Assembly: GCA_963845755.1 (NCBI GenBank)
Contig: CAWJTV010000041.1
Location: 448,001-512,000, forward strand
Length of the DNA: 64,000 nucleotides
From: an uncultured Planctomycetota bacterium
Lineage (GTDB): Bacteria; Planctomycetota; Planctomycetia; Isosphaerales; Isosphaeraceae
Reading direction: 5' to 3'
Below the pieces are notes generated by a model. That model saw only the letters and a list, made by a program, of their open reading frames with translations. It was not told the origin of the DNA and did not search any database. The position numbers and the translations under genes were made by a program. Shown in pieces: positions 10,860 through 20,928 of the stretch (position 1 is the first letter of the stretch; each line of letters begins with the position of its first letter).

Positions 10860-11516
10860 GCCCCGAAGGGGCCGAAACATACCAGCCCGGGGCAACGCCC
10901 CGGGAACCTGGCATCATCCCGAAGCTCGCCCTGAAAGGGCGACACAACGCCGCCTGTTCAATCCCAGACGTACCGTTCATCAAACGCGATCCCATGGCGT
11001 CGAAGCAATGCGCGAAACTCATCTTCAAACGTCATCTTCCGGTGATGTTCTTCCTGGTTTTCAATGTACTGTCTCACCGCGTCGAAATTCGACTGGCTCA
11101 CGGAAAATGCGCCGTAGCCCGTTTGCCAGGAGAAGTCGGGATTCCTTGGGCCGTCGATCTTCATCCACTTCGAGCTTCCCTTCTTCACTTCCTCGATGAT
11201 CTTGATCAGTGCGTGATTCTTGGAGAGGGCAAACAGGGTGTGGACGTGATCCTCCACACCACCGATCACCAGCGCCGGACTGTCCCATTCCTTGAAGATA
11301 CCTGCCTGGTAAGCAAACAGGTCATTGCGGAGGCTCCTGTCGATCCAGTGTTGGCGGTGTTTCGTGCTGTAAACGAGATGGATCAGATTCTTCACCAGGG
11401 ACTGCGACATCGCTCGCGGGCTCCCCTTGTGTCGCCCTTTCAGGGCTAGATTCTGGGTGGACGCCGGGTTCCCGGGGCGTTGCCCCGGGCTGATCTGTTC
11501 GGGCCCTCTTCGGGGC
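10860..11516. mobile_element. IS200/TnpA-type element bounded by long imperfect inverted repeats, each with three internal hairpins
   Basis: GCCCCGAAGGGGC..CAGCCCGGGGCAACGCCCCGGGAAC..GCCCTGAAAGGGCGACACAA at 10860-10947, mirrored at 11427-11516; no tnpB. Confidence 0.82.
10958..11410 (-). CDS. tnpA: IS200/IS605-family HUH Y1 transposase
   Basis: HLVYSTKHR, EDHVH (HUH), WQTGYGAFSVS, YIENQ. Confidence 0.92.
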   Translation of the reverse strand: MSQSLVKNLIHLVYSTKHRQHWIDRSLRNDLFAYQAGIFKEWDSPALVIGGVEDHVHTLFALSKNHALIKIIEEVKKGSSKWMKIDGPRNPDFSWQTGYGAFSVSQSNFDAVRQYIENQEEHHRKMTFEDEFRALLRRHGIAFDERYVWD

Positions 11517-11586
11517 AAGGATTCGCCGAAACCGCCCCACATTCGACGTTCGATCTCTCGGCTGCGAGGACTCCTTGGGAGGAATT

Positions 11587-13135
11587 CTATCCCACCACCT
11601 TGACCACCAACAACTCATTCCCCCGGTCGTCGATCACCTTCACCGCGATCTGCCGATGCTCGCCCGGTTCGAACAGGGCGCTCGTGGTCCCGGCCAGGTG
11701 GTCCCAGACCGCATCGTCATAAGTCCCCTTCAGCGCCTTCTTGAGGTTATCCCACGCCGACGTGCGCGGGAAGAACGCCTGGCAGACGTGGAAGCACAAG
11801 TTGTTGTAATTGGTGTCGAGGAACCAGGCCGGCAGGTCGTCGCCGCGGCGGGGATCGACCTCCATCGTCACCGGGTCGAACACGTCCAGACCGATCAGCT
11901 CGACAAAGGATGTAATCGGCTGTGTTTGGGAGTAGCCGTCCCGTCGTGGTCGTTGTCTTGACGTAACTAATCAGTGAACAACAATTTTCTTTCCCAAACA
12001 CTTCGTCGAGCACACTTCTTGCAAGATGTACGTTCTCATCTCCCATCTGGATGAAAAAGCTCGACACTCCTCGCTCAACACCACCGCCGGTTGCCTCCTC
12101 GTTCCCACGCTCCGCGTGGGAATGCCGTCTGGGACGCTCCGCGTCCTCTTCCCGGACGGAGACCAACGACGCGACGCGGAGCGTCGAACCCGGCATTCCC
12201 ACGCGGAGCGTGGGAACGAGAGTGGGCCGCCTTCTTCCCGTGGTGGTGTTCGGCGAGGAGTGTCAAAAGCTCCCCGTGGCCGAGAGCAGTTCCCTCGCGG
12301 CGATCATACGATCGCGCAAATATGTCAAATACGAGTGTATTCCTAGTTCCCAGGTGTCTCGGTACGCCTGAACCATCTCAGGCTCGCGAGTTAAATCTGT
12401 ATCGTCGTTGTGTTTTACATCCCTCCTTCGAACGAACGGCTGGAAGTTCGAGCCGAATTGAACCCCATATGGCGGGTCCATGTAGATCATCTGGACCTGT
12501 CCGCCGAGGTTCTCGAAGTGCAGCAACGAGTTCATAACGACGAGCGAGTCACCGAGGACCATGCGGTTGACCCAGCCGTCCTTGAACTCGTAGGCGCGGG
12601 TCAACTGGTCGGCGATGGAATGCTGAGGATCGCCGAAGAGGTCGAACATGGTCCCCTGGGTGAACTGGTCCTTCTTGTGTCCGCCGAGGGTTTCGATGAT
12701 CCCCTTGGTGGAGAGCCGCTCGTGGACGAACAGGGGGAGCGTGGGGACGTCGAACGAGATCCGCTCGGCCTTGCCCGCCCAGTTCAGAAAGGGTCGCGAT
12801 ATCGCCTTCAAGCGGGCCGCGGCTTCGCGCAGTTGGGCGACGCTCCGCTGGAATCCGTCCTGATCTTGCTCCGAGTCGATCAGCGTCAATCGACGGCTCA
12901 ACTCTTCGATGCGGGCAATTTCGGCTTCGCCCTGCTCCCGGGCCAGATTCTGACCGTCCTAATCGAGCGCCGGCGATAGGGAGGAGTCATACCGGTAAGT
13001 CACTGGCGGCTTCTTTTTCTTGAACGCCGCTTGCGTGCCGACGTCGGGCCGCATCGGGCTCTGGGCTTCCGGATGTTCGAAGGCTTCGTACCGGGGCGTC
13101 GTTGCCGCCTTGCCCGTCGTCTTCTTCCGTCCCAT
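11587..13135 (-). pseudogene. Site-specific adenine DNA methyltransferase (Mod-like), inactivated
   Basis: MIYMDPPYG motif; in-frame TAG at 12959-12961; MITE insertion at 12063-12264; internal deletion near 11905 joins ADYIL to the C-terminal GLDVFDP...IAVKVIDDRGNE segment. Confidence 0.85.
12063..12264. mobile_element. MITE (202 bp) with GACACTCCTCGC..AACACCACC TIRs, 8-bp TSD and REP-doublet cargo
   Basis: TSD AAAAGCTC at 12055-12062 and 12265-12272; removal restores ATGSFFIQMG; cargo CTCGTTCCCACGCTCCGCGTGGGAATG...CATTCCCACGCGGAGCGTGGGAACGAG. Confidence 0.9.
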
Positions 13136-13340
13136 CGTCGCCCTTCCACATGCACATCCACCCAATCGAACCAATATGGCACGATCGCCGGTCGGACGCA
13201 AGCGGCACGTCCGGCCATTTTGGGAGTGACCGCCTCACTTCGTTGCCTGTGCGCGGCAATACCACGCCTGCGTCCGAAACCTTGCGTTTGCAAGGGCATC
13301 GGCGCCGATCGCCTATTACTCCGGCAAGAAAGGTCCTCAC

Positions 13341-13398
13341 GTCGGTCAGGCTTTCCAGCCTGACAGGAGCGGGCGTCAGGCTGGAAAGCCTGACCGAC
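13341..13398. repeat. REP-like doublet (GTCGGTCAGGCTTTCCAGCCTGAC inverted pair)
   Basis: Perfect 24-bp inverted repeat; degenerate relative near 23165-23213. Confidence 0.8.
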
Positions 13399-13419
13399 TT
13401 CCATGCCGGCGTAATGGCC

Positions 13420-13540
13420 ACCGTTCGCTGTGGAGTTCGGCTGTCCAGCGGGGCTGTATCACGCCCGCCTGCGCCAGGCGAATGATGAGATCGCGGACTG
13501 GGGCCGAGTAAGGGACGCAGGCGTCGATGATTGCCGAGGG
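13420..13540 (-). pseudogene. N-terminal fragment of a PIN-domain (VapC-like) protein
   Basis: AIIDACVPYSAPVRDLIIRLAQAGVIQPRWTAELHSE resembles the DAxVLY..LRD..RW...I..EW PIN start; no continuation. Confidence 0.55.
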
Positions 13541-14201
13541 AGGCGTGCGAATTCTATAGCGGCTCACGTTTGGTTTGTGCACGCGCCGAAGCCGATGCGA
13601 AATCACCCTGAGGTGCCACAATTCGGGCGGTGACGTCAAATTCTCGAGAAAGACAGAACCGATTCCCGGCTCGAGGGCACCTTTAGTTTTAACTGTCACC
13701 GAGTGAACCCTACTGTGGTCTGCGCGGTCATTGCCCCTCATTGGGTGAGGCGATCGGAAACGCCCCTCGACGGAGATTCGGCAGACGCAAGATCGACATG
13801 TGCGCAGACGCGGATTGATGATGGACTCGAGAGGGCCAGTTTGCTAGCAACAACCCGCATCCGCGCTTTCCTGTTGATCCGATCTCGAAATCCGAGTCTT
13901 CGAGAGGCAGCGCGGCAGGGTCTGGGTACGCGCACTCGAACCGAGGTGCGGCTCAGAATCCAGAACGGTCAGCACGGCATACATGCTTCACAAACATTCG
14001 ACAATAAGTTCGTCTTTGTTCAGGCGGTAGCCTGCAAAAGATTGATCGACACGAATCTCGTCTGCGCCGACCAATCATCCCAGAGGGAGCACGCTTCGGT
14101 ATCTCGACCCGACAGCTCGTGTCGCTGCATCGAAGACGCATGTTGCGCCATCGGGTCATTCATCGCTTCCGCCAGAGAGCCACAACCACAGGGAAATCTT
14201 C

Positions 14202-17200
14202 ATGTTGCGATCATTCTTCGGCACGCGCGTGGATCAGATGGCCGGCTCCTCAGGGCGCAGGCTCCGGTGCAAGGAGCTCAGATTCCGGCCGTGTGCACGC
14301 TTCGGGGTGGAAGCCCTGGAAGAACGCAGGCTCCTGGCCAATATCATACCCAGCGGGGTCATCAGCTCGAAGCCCGATGGTGCCAACTTCGACTACACGA
14401 TCACGCTCTCGAACTCCAGTTCCAGCAACTCCAGCATCGGTACGTTCTGGTACTCGTGGATCCCCGGCCAGGATTACCTGGCCACCAGTCCCGTTTCGGT
14501 CTCTCCGCCCACCGGTTGGACCGACAGTGTCACCAACATGGGCGCCGGCGACGGCTACGCGATCCTGTTCATTTCCAACAGCTCCGCCTATAACGTGCCG
14601 GCGGGAAGCTCGTTGGATTTCGCTTTCACCAGTGCCGACACTCCCGCGTCAGTCAACGGCAATTCCGTGTTCTACCCAGACACGCCGGTCGGGACCTCTT
14701 ACGTCTATCCGCAAGGTCCATTCAGCGATGGCGGCCATGTGTTCGTTGTCGCACCAGCCCTGGATTCGATCGCCGTCACGCCGGCGAACCCCAGCGTGAC
14801 CAAGGGGGCGACCGAGCAATTCTCCGCCACCGGCACCTTTGACGGCGGCTCGACCCAGGACCTTACCAATCAGGTGAGGTGGGCGTCGGCGACGACCTCG
14901 GTGGCCACCATCTCCAACGCCTCTGGGTCACAAGGGCTGGCGACGGCCGTGAGCAGCGGCACCTCGGCGATCAGTGCCTCCCTCGATGGGGTCACGGGTT
15001 CAACGACGCTGACGGTGACCGCGCCAACCCTCAAGTCGATCACGGTGACGCCGGCCAATACGGACCTCCCGGTAGGCGAGACTGAGCAGTTCACGGCCAC
15101 CGGCACCCTGTCGGACAACTCCACCGAGGACCTGACCAGCCAGGCGACCTGGACCTCCTCGGATACGACCTGGGCCACGATCAGCAATACCGGACTGGCC
15201 ACGGCCGTCTCGCCCGGCCCCGTGACGATCTCGGCGGCCTTCGATGGGATCACCGGTTCGACCAGCTTGACCATCACCAACGCCGTCCTCCAGTCGATCG
15301 CAGTGACGCCGGCCAACACGGACCTGCCGGTGGGCGAGACCGAGCAGTTCACCGCCACCGGCACCCTGTCCGACAACTCCACCGAAGATCTGACCAGCCA
15401 GGCGACCTGGAAATCCTCAGATACGACCTGGGCCACGATCAGCAATACCGGACTGGCCACGGCGATCTCGCCCGGCCCGGTGACGATCTCGGCGGCCTTC
15501 GATGGGATCACCGGTTCGACCGCCTTGACCATCACCAACGCCGTCCTCCAGTCGATCGCCGTGACACCGGCCAACACGAACCTGCCGGTTGGCGAGACGG
15601 AGCAGTTCACGGCCACCGGTACCTTGTCGGACAAGTCCACCGAGGACCTGACCAACCAGGCGACCTGGAAATCCTCGGATACGACCTGGGCCACGATCAA
15701 CAATACCGGCCTGGCCACGGCGATCTCGCCCGGCCCGGTGACGATCTCGGCAGCCTTCGATGGGATCACCGGTTCGACCGCCTTGACCATCACCAACGCC
15801 GTCCTCCAGTCCATTGCCCTCACTCCGGCGAATCCCAGCATCGCGGCCGGGGACACCGAGCAATTCACGGCGACCGGGACCTTCTCCGACAACTCCACGG
15901 AGAACCTGACCGGTCAGGTAACGTGGGCGTCGGCGACGACCTCCGTGGCCACCATCTCAAACGCCTCCGGCTCGCAGGGCCTGGCTACAGGAGTGAAGGC
16001 GGGGACGTCCTCCATCTCCGCCGCGCTTGACGGAGTGACCGGTTCGACCGTCCTGACCGTGACCGCCGCCACGCTCCAATCGATCGCCGTGAACCCCGCG
16101 AATCCGAGTGTCTCTGCGGGGGGCACCGAGCAGTTCACGGCCACCGGCACTTATTCGGACAAGTCCACACAGGACCTGACCAGCCAGGTGACCTGGGCAT
16201 CGGCGACCACCTCGGTGGCCACCATCTCCAACGCCTCCGGCTCGCAGGGCCTGGCCACAGGAGTCAAGGCGGGGACGTCTTCCATCTCCGCCGCGCTCGA
16301 CGGAGTGACCGGGTCGACGGTCCTGACCGTGACGTCTGCTACGCTCGTGTCAATCGCGGTGACGCCGGCCAATACGGACCTGCCGGCAGGCGAGACCGAG
16401 CAGTTCACGGCCACCGGCACCCTGTCGGACAACTCCACCGAGGACCTGACCAGCCAGGCGACCTGGACCTCCTCGGACACCACCTGGGCCACGATCAGCA
16501 ATACCGGCCTGGCCACGGCCGTCTCGCCCGGGCCAGTGACGATCTCGGCGGCCTTCGATGGGATCACCGGTTCGACCGGCTTGACGATCACAAACGCGGT
16601 TCTCCAGTCGATATCTCTCGCTCCGACGAATCCCAGCATCGCGGCCGGGGACACCGAGCAGTTCACGGCCACCGGCACCTATTCCGACAAGTCCACGCAG
16701 AACCTGATCAGCCAGGTGACGTGGGCGTCGGCGACGACCTCGGTGGCCACCATCTCTAATGCCTCCGGCTCGCAGGGCCTGGCCACAGGAGTCGAGGCGG
16801 GGACATCTTCCATCTCCGCCGCGCTCGACGGAGTGACCGGGTTGACCGTCCTGACCGTCACCTCCCTCGCGACGGTTTCCGGCGTCTCGGTCTCGTGGGG
16901 AGCATCCGGTACGGTGGCGCTCCAGACCGCGGCCGACGGGCTTCGCCTGCTCCCGGCCGGGCGGAATACGGATCTCCCCTGGATGGGAATCAACGCCGTC
17001 AGCCTCACACTGAGCAGTTCGACGACCCTGACCAGCGCCGACGTCACCCTCGGCAGTGCGGCCGGGATCAACTACGGCCCGATCACCCTCTCCGGCTCCG
17101 GGACCAACTATGTCGTTACGCTGGCTCAGCCGATTTCCACGGCCGATCGCCTGACGATCTCGATCGCCAGTTCCTCGATGGCCACGTATACGAGAAGGCT

Positions 17201-17729
17201 TGACGTGTTGCCTGGCGACGCCAACGATGACGGCTTTGTCAACACGACAGACGGCCTGCTGATCCTCTATAACGAGACCCCGGCCCATGCCTACCAGATG
17301 TTCTATGACTTGAATGGCGACGGGGCCGTAACCATGGCGGACTTCAATCTTCTCCGTCCCAAGATCGGGACGGTGCTCCCGGCGGCACAGCCGGTTGTGT
17401 CGAGCGCCAGCACGATCGGGCCGGTCGTGCGGTCGGTTGGGTCGGGTGGCAGCACGGTCGCGCCGGCGTCGCCGTCGGCTGCGGTGAGCACCGGCCTGGT
17501 GGATCTCGCACTCGGATCCCTCGCTCAAGGCGATTCCGCCGAGGGCTCGACCGCGACCATCGCCGTGCAGACGACCAAGGGTGGCGGCCGGACCCATAAG
17601 CCGTCAACCTCACGCCATAGGCCGTCGGATGTCGCATCAAAAGGGAGGGACCGAATCGAGCACAAGGCTCTCGGCGTGGCTCGACACGCCCACGGGCAAC
17701 GGTCGGTACACCCGAGTGATCGCCGCTAA
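14202..17729 (+). CDS. Extracellular Ig-like (Big_2, Lig-like) repeat protein with dockerin-like C-terminal domain
   Basis: EALEERRLLA planctomycete export signature; eight SIAVTPAN..TEQFTATGT..DLT.Q.TW repeats; GDANDDGFVNTTD and DLNGDGAVTMAD Ca-binding motifs. Confidence 0.87.
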   Translation: MLRSFFGTRVDQMAGSSGRRLRCKELRFRPCARFGVEALEERRLLANIIPSGVISSKPDGANFDYTITLSNSSSSNSSIGTFWYSWIPGQDYLATSPVSVSPPTGWTDSVTNMGAGDGYAILFISNSSAYNVPAGSSLDFAFTSADTPASVNGNSVFYPDTPVGTSYVYPQGPFSDGGHVFVVAPALDSIAVTPANPSVTKGATEQFSATGTFDGGSTQDLTNQVRWASATTSVATISNASGSQGLATAVSSGTSAISASLDGVTGSTTLTVTAPTLKSITVTPANTDLPVGETEQFTATGTLSDNSTEDLTSQATWTSSDTTWATISNTGLATAVSPGPVTISAAFDGITGSTSLTITNAVLQSIAVTPANTDLPVGETEQFTATGTLSDNSTEDLTSQATWKSSDTTWATISNTGLATAISPGPVTISAAFDGITGSTALTITNAVLQSIAVTPANTNLPVGETEQFTATGTLSDKSTEDLTNQATWKSSDTTWATINNTGLATAISPGPVTISAAFDGITGSTALTITNAVLQSIALTPANPSIAAGDTEQFTATGTFSDNSTENLTGQVTWASATTSVATISNASGSQGLATGVKAGTSSISAALDGVTGSTVLTVTAATLQSIAVNPANPSVSAGGTEQFTATGTYSDKSTQDLTSQVTWASATTSVATISNASGSQGLATGVKAGTSSISAALDGVTGSTVLTVTSATLVSIAVTPANTDLPAGETEQFTATGTLSDNSTEDLTSQATWTSSDTTWATISNTGLATAVSPGPVTISAAFDGITGSTGLTITNAVLQSISLAPTNPSIAAGDTEQFTATGTYSDKSTQNLISQVTWASATTSVATISNASGSQGLATGVEAGTSSISAALDGVTGLTVLTVTSLATVSGVSVSWGASGTVALQTAADGLRLLPAGRNTDLPWMGINAVSLTLSSSTTLTSADVTLGSAAGINYGPITLSGSGTNYVVTLAQPISTADRLTISIASSSMATYTRRLDVLPGDANDDGFVNTTDGLLILYNETPAHAYQMFYDLNGDGAVTMADFNLLRPKIGTVLPAAQPVVSSASTIGPVVRSVGSGGSTVAPASPSAAVSTGLVDLALGSLAQGDSAEGSTATIAVQTTKGGGRTHKPSTSRHRPSDVASKGRDRIEHKALGVARHAHGQRSVHPSDRR

Positions 17730-17761
17730 GATTCCCACTCTTGAAAGAAGAGGACTTTGAT

Positions 17762-18505
17762 ATGAGGAAGTTGTTCCTGTCCTTGGCTGTTCTCGGTCTG
17801 ATGGCGAGTAGCGCCCGGGCCGGCGTCGTCCTGTCCACGAGCAACCCGCCAGGTACGCCGCTGACCATGGGCGCCGGCACGACGTCCGGATCGTTGTTCT
17901 TGAACGTCGTCAGTGATAACCCTCCCAACGACGTGATGGCAGCCTGGAACATCCAACTAGCGATCATGCCCGACGCCGGCGCCACCGGCACTCTGATGTT
18001 CCAGGATCCCACGACTGGAACGCCGCCCAACCCGCCTAACTACGTCTTTGGCAGCAACGGCCTCGGCATTGGAATCACCAATGGAGGAACCACGTTGATC
18101 GCGAGTGACTTCTTTGACCCCAACGTGGGACTGGGGGCTCCCGTGCCCGGGACACCGGGGGCCAACCTGCTCCAGATGGATTTCCTGGCATCATCGAACG
18201 CATCCGGATTGTTCGGCATCTTCGCCGTTGAAGGTGCGTTCACGCAATGGAACGATTCCAATCTGAACGTGCAGTCTTTCACCAACGTGCCCAATGGCAC
18301 GGGCTTGATCCGGATCGGCGAAGTCCTGGTTTCCCAATCGGCTGTTCCTGAACCCGCGTCGTTGCAATTGCTCGGGCTGGCCGGCGCCACCCTGGCGAGC
18401 TGGCTGTGCTGGTGCAAGCGAAAATACGTTCCCGCGTCATCGGCTCGATCGGTCACGAACCCCACGCCCGAGCTCGTCCCACAGGTTGTGTTAAATAGGG
18501 ATTAA
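17762..18505 (+). CDS. PEP-CTERM sorting domain protein
   Basis: Signal peptide MRKLFLSLAVLG; VPEPAS, hydrophobic stretch, then KRK. Confidence 0.85.
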   Translation: MRKLFLSLAVLGLMASSARAGVVLSTSNPPGTPLTMGAGTTSGSLFLNVVSDNPPNDVMAAWNIQLAIMPDAGATGTLMFQDPTTGTPPNPPNYVFGSNGLGIGITNGGTTLIASDFFDPNVGLGAPVPGTPGANLLQMDFLASSNASGLFGIFAVEGAFTQWNDSNLNVQSFTNVPNGTGLIRIGEVLVSQSAVPEPASLQLLGLAGATLASWLCWCKRKYVPASSARSVTNPTPELVPQVVLNRD

Positions 18506-18599
18506 TGGATTTGAAGTTGCGCAATGAGCGTCGCCCACGCGACGACCATCACGGCATACGGCCAGAGAGCCGGGCCCCTGCGCCACCGCCCCCCGGGGT

Positions 18600-18900
18600 T
18601 CAACGAATAGCGCATAGGCGATCAGGTAGGCGGCACGTCCCGATCCCCTCTTCCTTCGAGAACAAGGCGGCCCTGAGCCGCAGCGGGGCCAGCAACCCGT
18701 CGAGACGCGAGCCCTCTCGCCTCGCTCGGTTGTGGGCGATCAAGGCCGAGACGCCGAAGGTGGCCGCCACGAGGACGTTGCGGTTGGCCAGGAAACCCAC
18801 GGTCGCGCCGTGCGCGTCGTCTACCGCGAAGAGCAACGCCGCGGCGCCTGCCACTGGTGGCGAGGCTGGCGGCCCGCCGGCGGCAGCCAGACCCTCAGCA
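18600..18900 (-). pseudogene. Fragment of a multi-pass membrane protein (possibly GT-C glycosyltransferase-like)
   Basis: AALLFAVDDAH..GFLANRN and ALFSKE motifs with broken frame. Confidence 0.35.
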
Positions 18901-19145
18901 CGAGCAGATCCTGACGTACCGGGGCGCGCGTGAGATCATGACGGTGATCTCCTGAATGAAGGAACGGGCGAAAAGCCGGCAACGGATTGTTGCTCATGGT
19001 CGCGGAGCGACCGAAAACGGCACGCGCCGTGCGTGAGGTTAGACATCGCGGCGCGAGGGGCACCACGGGAAGTACCGAATCCGCCCTGGTATGCCGGAAT
19101 CGGACCGTTGGCGCCACTCTGCAATGCCGCCCGGAGGGCCATCGC

Positions 19146-19889
19146 ATGTTGTCCAGGATCCTCGGTCTGGGGCTGTCGGGTTTGGTGGGCCTGAGCTTGC
19201 TGGGAACGCTGCCGACCTCGGCGCAGGAGCCCGAATCGCCTCCTCCCAGGAAGAAAGGGCTACCGGACCCCAGGACGAAAAAGGAGACGGTCGAGAGGGA
19301 GGGCGATACCGAAGCCGACTTGCAGCGAACCTACGGTTTGCTGAGGCGGCTGCGGGCCGACACTTCGGCTCGGGGACAGACCGATGCCCGAATCCGCGAC
19401 TGGACCGAACGGGCCACGAAGTATTACGGCGATGGGGTCCGGGCCTACCAGGAACAGAATCCACAACTCGCCCAGCAGGATGCCGCCATCGCGCACGATC
19501 TGGCCCGCGCCATCGACCACACTTGCAATGCGGCGCTCTTCGATCATCCCGACGAGAGCCTGCCGCCGCCGCCCGGGAGGGCCGGATCCGGCCGAGAGGC
19601 CTACGCCCGTCGCAGCCTGGAGGAGGCTTATGAGCGACTCCGCGAGGGCGATGACGGCAGTGACGCGGGTCCCGAGGCCAAGTATTACCACGATGCGGCC
19701 AGCAACCTCTATCGCGACGCGCGGCGCGACTTCGAAGCGGGTCGCTTGGAACGTGCCGACGAGTTGGCCCGCGCCGCCCAGGCCATGACGAAGGTGTGCG
19801 AGCACCTGGGCCGTGCGGCCGACCTGCGCGTCCTGCCGGCGCCGAAGCCCGCGCCCGAGAAAACCGGCAGGTCCACCGATCGATCATGA
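19146..19889 (+). CDS. Secreted all-helical hypothetical protein
   Basis: GGAGG RBS, signal peptide MLSRILGLG..SAQ, two related helical halves. Confidence 0.7.
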   Translation: MLSRILGLGLSGLVGLSLLGTLPTSAQEPESPPPRKKGLPDPRTKKETVEREGDTEADLQRTYGLLRRLRADTSARGQTDARIRDWTERATKYYGDGVRAYQEQNPQLAQQDAAIAHDLARAIDHTCNAALFDHPDESLPPPPGRAGSGREAYARRSLEEAYERLREGDDGSDAGPEAKYYHDAASNLYRDARRDFEAGRLERADELARAAQAMTKVCEHLGRAADLRVLPAPKPAPEKTGRSTDRS

Positions 19890-20060
19890 GGCCAGGGCGG
19901 CCACGGTGAGATCCAACGCAGGGGCGTCGCGCGTCAATCGTTGGGGATCGGTCATGATTGGCCAAACCGTGAGATGACGTCTCGGTTGAGTTGACCGGCG
20001 AATCTCGGCGCGTTAGTTTCGGCGCGAGTTTACCATCGCGACCAACCCCAGGAATTGATC

Positions 20061-20748
20061 ATGACCATCCTCCATCACGCAGCAACCGTCTCCCTGGCGA
20101 TCCTGTTCGCATCGATCGCCGCATTTCAGGCCGAGAGCCCCCGCGATCCTGGCTCCTCCCCAGATTGGCGGCCTCTCTTCGATGGCCGTACTCTCGATGG
20201 GTGGGAGCACGTCGGGCCGGGCAAGTTCGTGGTCGAAAACGGCCTCCTTCGTACCGAGGGAGGCATGGGCCTGCTCTGGTACTCGCGGGAAAAACTCGGG
20301 GATTGCGTCATCCGGGTCGTTTACAAGACCGCGGGCCAGCGCGATAACTCCGGTGTCTACATCCGGATCGCCGATCGGCCCAAGGACCCCTGGTATGCCG
20401 TCCATCACGGTTTCGAAGTGCAGATCATGGACCAGGGCGCAGGGGGTCGCGGCACCGGCTCGATCTACACGTTCGCGAAAGCCGCCGCCGCGCCGGCGAA
20501 GGCCACCGAGTGGAACACCCTGGAGGTCACCCTGAAAGGCAACCGCATCCGCACGACGATCAACGGTGTGCACGCCTCGGAATTCGACTCGAGCGAGCTC
20601 AAGGCCGAGAGCCCCGAGAAGACCGGCGAAGGGGATCCCGCCGCGGACCTCGTCCCGAGTCGGGCTACATCGGCCTGCAAAACCACGACGAGAAATCGGT
20701 CGTCTTCTTCAAGGAGGTGTCGGTTCGTTCGCTCGAGTCTTCCAAGTA
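20061..20748 (+). CDS. DUF1080 (3-keto-disaccharide hydrolase-like) protein; apparent frameshift near 20640
   Basis: WRPLFDGRTLDGW, NSGVY, FEVQI, WNTLEV; GYIGLQNH in the shifted frame. Confidence 0.88.
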
Positions 20749-20778
20749 ACTGTGCTCGGATCAGCCCTGAGCGCTGAC

Positions 20779-20843
20779 AGGCCCTGACGAAAGGGGACAG
20801 GCACCTCGAAGACTCGGAGCCAGTCCCCTTTTTGTCAGGGCCT
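20779..20843. repeat. Short inverted-repeat element between convergent genes (mini-MITE/REP-like, possible terminator)
   Basis: AGGCCCTGACGAAAGGGGACAGGC...GCCAGTCCCCTTTTTGTCAGGGCCT. Confidence 0.7.
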
Positions 20844-20928
20844 CTTACGAAGAGGGGTGTTCGAGAGGAGAGTTCGAGCGTATGCAACCCATCCGTGAAT
20901 CGCTCTGGACAACGTCTTGTAGCCCGGA

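Noticed and set aside
14750..16870. Diversity-generating retroelement template/variable repeats
   Set aside because: No reverse transcriptase; differences are not adenine-specific and fit ordinary domain duplication
19108..19124. Sigma54 promoter before gene 19146
   Set aside because: GG-to-GC spacing is one base short of the strict -24/-12 requirement
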